Source: an uncultured Pelagibacteraceae bacterium
Lineage (GTDB): Bacteria > Pseudomonadota > Alphaproteobacteria > Pelagibacterales > Pelagibacteraceae
NCBI GenBank assembly: GCA_902527635.1
Contig: CABZPS010000002.1
Location: 2,125 to 66,124 of the forward strand
Length of the DNA stretch: 64,000 nucleotides
Direction of reading: 5' to 3'
This document shows positions 58,735 to 64,000 of this stretch, piece after piece. A program made the translations under genes and the position numbers. The notes beneath the pieces are model-generated. The model was not told the DNA's origin, ran no database searches, and was given only the letters and a program-made list of their open reading frames with translations. Every line of letters starts with the position of its first letter. The stretch's first letter is position 1.

Positions 58735-60019
58735 ATAGTACATTTAAATCTTCATTTTTTGAAAATTTACTTATCATATGATCAGCATTTGTTGTTCTAT
58801 TATTGATGATTTTTTTTAAATGGCTTAAAAATATAACTTCATTCCTTCCACCTTTATTAAGAATGTCCCTTTTTTCAAGTCCTTTTTTTGATAAATCTAA
58901 TAAAGTTGACGACCAATAAAAAAGATCTTTACCCATTAATTGAGTATTGAAACCTTTATGAGGTGCTTCTAAATAAGCATTAATGATTTTATCTTTATCC
59001 CACTTAGAGACTAATTCATAAATTTCATTCAGATTTCCGTAAAGTATGCCAACAAAAAAAGCTGGACCTGAACACAAGCAATCCCATCCGCAAGTATCCA
59101 TAGACCTTATCTCTATATATTTTTTTAATCTATTCTCTGTAAATATTGTGCTTAAATGAATAGACAAATCCTTTTCAGAAGGGGGTCTGTTATTGATTTC
59201 CTTTATTTCTCCATTCATAAAATCACCAAATTTATAATTTTTGCCAGAAATATATTTTAACCCGTCCTGAATAAATAAAATTGGAAAGTTGATTATAAAA
59301 TCAGCATATTTTTCAAAATCTAAATCATCAAAAAATATTTTTGGCAATCCTCCTCTTGAAGTATTTTGCCAAACTTTAGAGCGATAAGATAAGTATTTTG
59401 TTCGTTTTTTTTCAACTATAGAAGAATTAGCAAATAATGCTATTGAGATTGGGACTACTGAATTAACAATTTTAAATTTTTTCATAAAATCTTCCTCTGA
59501 ACTGTAGTCTAAATTTATTTGAGTCCCACAAGTTCTATACATCATATCCAAACTTAAGTTACCTCCCAAAGGCATGTCCTTGGTCATTAATTTATATCTT
59601 TGCTTCGGATTATTTGGTACTTCATTAAGTTTTGAGATTGGATCAAACCCAGCACTAACGATATTGATTCCAAGTTTTTTTGTAACTTGTCTCAATTCAA
59701 ATAGATAATCTTGAGATTCTGCACAACCTTCATGAATGTTACTAAGTTTATCACCAGATAGCTCTATTTGATTACCTGGTTCTAAAGTGATATTTTTCCC
59801 GCCCTTATTAAGACCTATGATATTATCTTGTTCAAAAATTGGGTTCCAGCCAAATTCAACAAGTGCTGAAAACATATCTTTTGTTTTTAAATAGTTTAGT
59901 CTTTTATTACTTTTGTCATCAAATAAAAATTTTTCATGTTCAATACCAATTTTAAATTTTTTGGTTTCCTTAAAACCTGACTTAAAATACCTAATTATCT
60001 CATCTTTTGTATTAATCAT
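58724..60019 (-). CDS. gshA: Glutamate--cysteine ligase (alphaproteobacterial/plant type)
   Basis: IGIEHEKF, TLEPG.QIELSG, MMYRTC.TQ.NLD, F.E.RLK.YIE.R. Confidence 0.92.
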   Translation of the reverse strand: MINTKDEIIRYFKSGFKETKKFKIGIEHEKFLFDDKSNKRLNYLKTKDMFSALVEFGWNPIFEQDNIIGLNKGGKNITLEPGNQIELSGDKLSNIHEGCAESQDYLFELRQVTKKLGINIVSAGFDPISKLNEVPNNPKQRYKLMTKDMPLGGNLSLDMMYRTCGTQINLDYSSEEDFMKKFKIVNSVVPISIALFANSSIVEKKRTKYLSYRSKVWQNTSRGGLPKIFFDDLDFEKYADFIINFPILFIQDGLKYISGKNYKFGDFMNGEIKEINNRPPSEKDLSIHLSTIFTENRLKKYIEIRSMDTCGWDCLCSGPAFFVGILYGNLNEIYELVSKWDKDKIINAYLEAPHKGFNTQLMGKDLFYWSSTLLDLSKKGLEKRDILNKGGRNEVIFLSHLKKIINNRTTNADHMISKFSKNEDLNVLYDK

Positions 60020-60049
60020 GTAAATTTCAACTGTAATTTTATTTTAAAT

Positions 60050-60607
60050 TTAAAGTAATGAATATGGTTTTCTTGAAAAAATTTTCTTAATCATTGGTTT
60101 AAAAAAATTAAGTGGAAGAGATTTATAATTGGGGTCAAATGAATTTTGATCGTATTTCTCACAAAAGTCTATAGTTGCTTGGTAGTATTTATGCCCCTTG
60201 TATTTATCTCTTTTATTTTTATCTCCACCTAAATGATGAGCATAATAAAACATTTGGAATTCTCCATGTTTTTCAACTATCCAATGTGTTCTCTCTGACA
60301 CATAGGGTTTTAATATTGCAGCAGCATATTCAGAGTGATTCATTGGAGCAAGTTCATCTCCAATATCATGCAACAAAGCAGCTACAATCATTTCTTCACT
60401 TTCCCCATTCTTATATGCTCTAGTTGCACTCTGAAGTGAATGTTCCAGCCTTGAAATTTGATAACCCTCAAGTGTCTCGGTTAAACCTGACATAAACTTT
60501 AATATTCTATCCGCCGTTTTACTAGCATAATTTTTTTCATGTCTATCTAAAAAAAGATATTCATCTTTTGTCCCATTTTTCATTTCTGTAAAACTAACTT
60601 TTTTCAT
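60050..60607 (-). CDS. HD-domain protein, PhnZ-like metal-ligand pattern
   Basis: EHSLQSA, AALLHDIG, NH, KHG, YDQ. Confidence 0.78.
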   Translation of the reverse strand: MKKVSFTEMKNGTKDEYLFLDRHEKNYASKTADRILKFMSGLTETLEGYQISRLEHSLQSATRAYKNGESEEMIVAALLHDIGDELAPMNHSEYAAAILKPYVSERTHWIVEKHGEFQMFYYAHHLGGDKNKRDKYKGHKYYQATIDFCEKYDQNSFDPNYKSLPLNFFKPMIKKIFSRKPYSLL

Positions 60608-60610
60608 AAA

Positions 60611-62092
60611 TTAATTATTCGATGCTGAACTTAGCAATGAAAGTTGTGTGATCTTATTATCTCCAAGTTCATCAACTGGTTTTACTGGATAATCACCGGT
60701 AAAATAATGGTCAGTCAATTGAGGATAAGTATCATTCCTCTTATCAAAACCTATAGCTCTATATAGTCCATCAATTGATAAAAAAGTTAAGGTTTTAGCA
60801 CCAATATATTTACAAATTTCATCATTAGTTTTATTTGCCGCGAGTAATTCTTTCTTTGTAGGTGTATCGACTCCATAAAAATCTGGAAACTTTATTTCAG
60901 GACAAGCAATTTTCATATGAACTTCATTTGCGCCCGCGTCATAGAGCATTTTTATTATCTTATGAGAAGTAGTTCCTCTAACTAAAGAGTCATCCACGAG
61001 AATTATCTTTTTATTTTTAATAGTTGATTGGTTAGCATTTAATTTTAATTTTACCCCTAGACTTCTTATTTTTTGAATTGGCTCTATGAAAGTTCTACCA
61101 ACATAATGATTTCTTGTGAGCCCTAATTCAAAGTTGGCACCAAGATACTGAGCAAAACCTAGAGCTGCGGCATTACCAGAGTCAGGGACTGGAACAACTA
61201 TATCTGCTTTTAAATTACTTTCTTTAGCTAACTCTTTACCAAGATTTTTTCGATATTCGTAAGCACTCTTGCCATTCAAAATACTATCAGGTCTTGAAAA
61301 GTAAATATATTCAAAAACACACGGTCTTATTCTTCTAGGAGGAAAAGGTTTAATACTTTGAATCTTATTGTCATGTATTAAAACTATTTCTCCGTTGTCA
61401 ACCTCTCTAATAAATTTTGCACCAATTATATCTAAAGCGCAAGTCTCTGATGAAAGAACATAGCTATTATTCAGTTTGCCAATCACAAGTGGTCTTATTC
61501 CATAAGGATCCCTCACACCTATCAATGAAGTTTGGGTCAACATGACCAAAGAGTAACCTCCTTGGATTTGAAATATCGCATCTACAATTTTATCGATAGT
61601 TTTTTTTCTCTTTGATCTAGCTATTAATTGAACAATAGTTTCGGTATCTGAGGTTGTATAAAAAATAGCACCCTCGTCGACTAATTTTTTTCTTAGTGAA
61701 ATTGAGTTTGTAAGATTACCGTTGTGAGCAACACCAATACCGCCTGCATTAGTATCAGCAAAAAAAGGCTGTATATTTCTTAAAGTATTTTCACCAGTGG
61801 TACTATATCTATTATGGCCAATCGCATAATTTCCTTTCAATCTATTTAATATCTTTTCTTTATTGAAGTTATCTCCCACCAAACCAAATCTTTTTTCAGA
61901 AAAATAATGTGATCCATCAAATGTTACTATTCCACAACCTTCTTGACCCCTATGTTGAAGTGCATGCAAACCTAAAGCAGTTAGAGCTGAAGCGTCTTTG
62001 TTATCACTTATACCAAACACTCCACATTCTTCTTTAAGCTTTGGATTAAAGTTCCTTAATTTTTTCTTTAGAGTTTTGATAAGTTTTTTCAT
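60611..62092 (-). CDS. purF: Amidophosphoribosyltransferase
   Basis: EECGVFG (Ntn Cys after a propeptide), LQHRGQE, HNGN, VDDSLVRGTT. Confidence 0.97.
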   Translation of the reverse strand: MKKLIKTLKKKLRNFNPKLKEECGVFGISDNKDASALTALGLHALQHRGQEGCGIVTFDGSHYFSEKRFGLVGDNFNKEKILNRLKGNYAIGHNRYSTTGENTLRNIQPFFADTNAGGIGVAHNGNLTNSISLRKKLVDEGAIFYTTSDTETIVQLIARSKRKKTIDKIVDAIFQIQGGYSLVMLTQTSLIGVRDPYGIRPLVIGKLNNSYVLSSETCALDIIGAKFIREVDNGEIVLIHDNKIQSIKPFPPRRIRPCVFEYIYFSRPDSILNGKSAYEYRKNLGKELAKESNLKADIVVPVPDSGNAAALGFAQYLGANFELGLTRNHYVGRTFIEPIQKIRSLGVKLKLNANQSTIKNKKIILVDDSLVRGTTSHKIIKMLYDAGANEVHMKIACPEIKFPDFYGVDTPTKKELLAANKTNDEICKYIGAKTLTFLSIDGLYRAIGFDKRNDTYPQLTDHYFTGDYPVKPVDELGDNKITQLSLLSSASNN

Positions 62093-62588
62093 CTGGAAAT
62101 TCTTTTAATAAATAATTACTACCTTTTTTCAAATATGGAAAGATGTATGATTTATTATGATTTATGGGCCATTTATCGTGATTATAAACAATATGTGCTG
62201 CAGAAAATATACAAACAGCGATTATGTAAGATCTTACGAATCCAAAAAAAAAACCGAACATCTTATCTAAATTCCCAAGTCCAGTATATTTTACAGCTTT
62301 ACTAATCCCTTTGTTAACCAATAAGATGAAGAAAATTATTATTATAAATATACTTATACCCAGCACAATATCTAGAATATATTCATTATCTATAATATCT
62401 TTGACATATGGCTTAACTTTCGGAAAAATAATTAAAGTTAAGACATATGCTAATAACCATTTGGCCATAGTCAATAAACTTAATACGAAACCTTTTATAT
62501 AGCATTTGATTAAAGATAATATTGTTATTATTAAGTAAACCAAATCTAAAATTGATATTGAATTATAAAACTCTTTTAAAAATTCCAT
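62046..62588 (-). CDS. cvpA: Colicin V production protein CvpA
   Basis: KGF..S, LD…G..FG..R motif, 4 TM segments, directly upstream of purF. Confidence 0.88.
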   Translation of the reverse strand: MEFLKEFYNSISILDLVYLIITILSLIKCYIKGFVLSLLTMAKWLLAYVLTLIIFPKVKPYVKDIIDNEYILDIVLGISIFIIIIFFILLVNKGISKAVKYTGLGNLDKMFGFFFGFVRSYIIAVCIFSAAHIVYNHDKWPINHNKSYIFPYLKKGSNYLLKEFPDEKTYQNSKEKIKEL

Positions 62589-62597
62589 TTTAAATTT

Positions 62598-64000
62598 TTA
62601 CTTTTCAAAAGGTTTAATCAATAAGATTAAGGATGGCAAAAGGGTTAAAACAGATATCATCGCGAGTAACATCGCAATTCCTGTAAAAATACCAAAATAA
62701 ATTGTTGGAATAAAATTAGATAAAATTAAAATTGAAAAACCAAAAACAATGGTGATTGACGTATTTAAAATTGCCTTACCGACTGTCGAATGACAAACTT
62801 TAATTGTTTCCTTATAATTATTCAGATTATTATATTCTTCTTTAAAACGATAAATATAATGAATACTATTATCAACGGCTATACCTATAGTTATAGCTGC
62901 TATGGTAATTGTCATCATATCTAAGGGAATACCAAGTAGACCAATAATTCCCAAGATAAAAAAGGCTGCTATAAAATTCGGAACCACACCAATCAGTGAG
63001 AGTTTTATATTTTTAAAAAGAATTAAAAACATCACAAAAATACCAATCATAACAAATCCGAGGGTCAAAATTTGTGATTTGAACAGACTTTGAAGTAAAT
63101 TATTAAATAAAATCAAAACTCCGGCAAGTTTAAACTCTTTTTTTTCAAGTCCTAATTTTTTTTGTAAGTCATCATTTATTTTGTTTATTAAATCATTTCT
63201 TCTTAAGTCTTTTTTAGAGTCTATAATTCTGAGATTTATTCTAGCTTCATTATCCTTTATAGAAATATAAGGATCGACAATTTCTGTTTTAATACTTTCA
63301 GGAATTTTTGAATAAAGAACTCCCATTTCTAAAGTTCCCAATGGTTTATTATTATTAAGCAAAGTTGCAACATCAATAATTGAAGAAAAAGATAAAACCT
63401 TACCAATCTCTGGCAGGCTATCTAAATAATTGTGAACTGATTCAATTTTATCAATCTTATCTTTTGTGAACCAATATTTTTTTTCATCTTCTTCATTATC
63501 TTCATTTTCCCAATCTTCAAATTCATCATCGCTAGTCTCAGTTCTGTTTTTTGGGAATTTTAAAATTACTTCTAGCGGTGTTGTACCACCTAATTTTTCA
63601 TCAATAAGTTTCATACCTTTATAAATTTCAGTCTTTTTACTAAAATAATTTATGAAACTATTTTCAACCTCAAGACGGCTAATGCCAATGATACTAAGTA
63701 AAATAACAATTCCAGTTAGAACAAAAATTGACTTTTGATAATCTTGTGAAAGCTTTGAAAGTAAAGATGTAATTTTAGATTTTTCATATTTAATAAAAGA
63801 AACACTTTTTTTTGGTACAAAATTAATAAGGGTTGGTAGTAATGTAAATGTAATACAAAATGAGATCACTAAACCCATTGTCATCATCCAACCAAAATCT
63901 ATTATAGGTTTTATTTCACTAAAAATTAAAGACAAGAAAGCAATAATTGTTGTCATTACAGTATATAAGATTGGCCAAAACATTTTCTCAGTAGTTAAAA
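62598..64000 (-). CDS. MMPL/RND family transporter (5' part outside the window)
   Basis: Frame open to the window edge; GIAVDNSIHY, LGGTTPL, multiple TM segments. Confidence 0.85.
   Translation of the reverse strand, partial: LTTEKMFWPILYTVMTTIIAFLSLIFSEIKPIIDFGWMMTMGLVISFCITFTLLPTLINFVPKKSVSFIKYEKSKITSLLSKLSQDYQKSIFVLTGIVILLSIIGISRLEVENSFINYFSKKTEIYKGMKLIDEKLGGTTPLEVILKFPKNRTETSDDEFEDWENEDNEEDEKKYWFTKDKIDKIESVHNYLDSLPEIGKVLSFSSIIDVATLLNNNKPLGTLEMGVLYSKIPESIKTEIVDPYISIKDNEARINLRIIDSKKDLRRNDLINKINDDLQKKLGLEKKEFKLAGVLILFNNLLQSLFKSQILTLGFVMIGIFVMFLILFKNIKLSLIGVVPNFIAAFFILGIIGLLGIPLDMMTITIAAITIGIAVDNSIHYIYRFKEEYNNLNNYKETIKVCHSTVGKAILNTSITIVFGFSILILSNFIPTIYFGIFTGIAMLLAMISVLTLLPSLILLIKPFEK

Noticed and set aside
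62046-62588. cvpA as evidence for a bacteriocin system
   Set aside because: cvpA-purF is a conserved housekeeping pair; no toxin or immunity genes present

Overview
Very AT-rich, gene-dense bacterial DNA with gene content typical of a SAR11 / Ca. Pelagibacter chromosome (inferred from composition, tiny intergenic spaces, proteorhodopsin next to prpE/ferredoxin, and a glycine riboswitch before gcvTHP). About 60 CDS; I found no rRNA, tRNA, CRISPR, prophage or IS element. Core content: pyrC, prpE, blue-tuned proteorhodopsin, dksA, ppc, umuDC and recA (both with alphaproteobacterial LexA boxes), alaS, icd, psd-pssA, rlmE, guaB/guaA, panB, a TRAP transporter beside pxpABC, gcvTHP, gshAB, purF-cvpA. 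Most worth following up: (1) an ufaD/ufaO/ufaM-like (furan/methylated fatty acid) cluster attached directly behind gcvP and flanked by tspO, selO and msrA; (2) a metal-independent NAD-formate dehydrogenase preceded by an HPP-family membrane protein; (3) an amidinotransferase among EamA/MFS transporters; (4) an orphan PhnZ-like HD protein; (5) two small membrane-peptide ORFs coupled behind dksA; (6) a probable pyroglutamate TRAP system; (7) a frameshifted GST tail and leaderless-type promoters. All family assignments come from motif recognition by eye; no database search was run.
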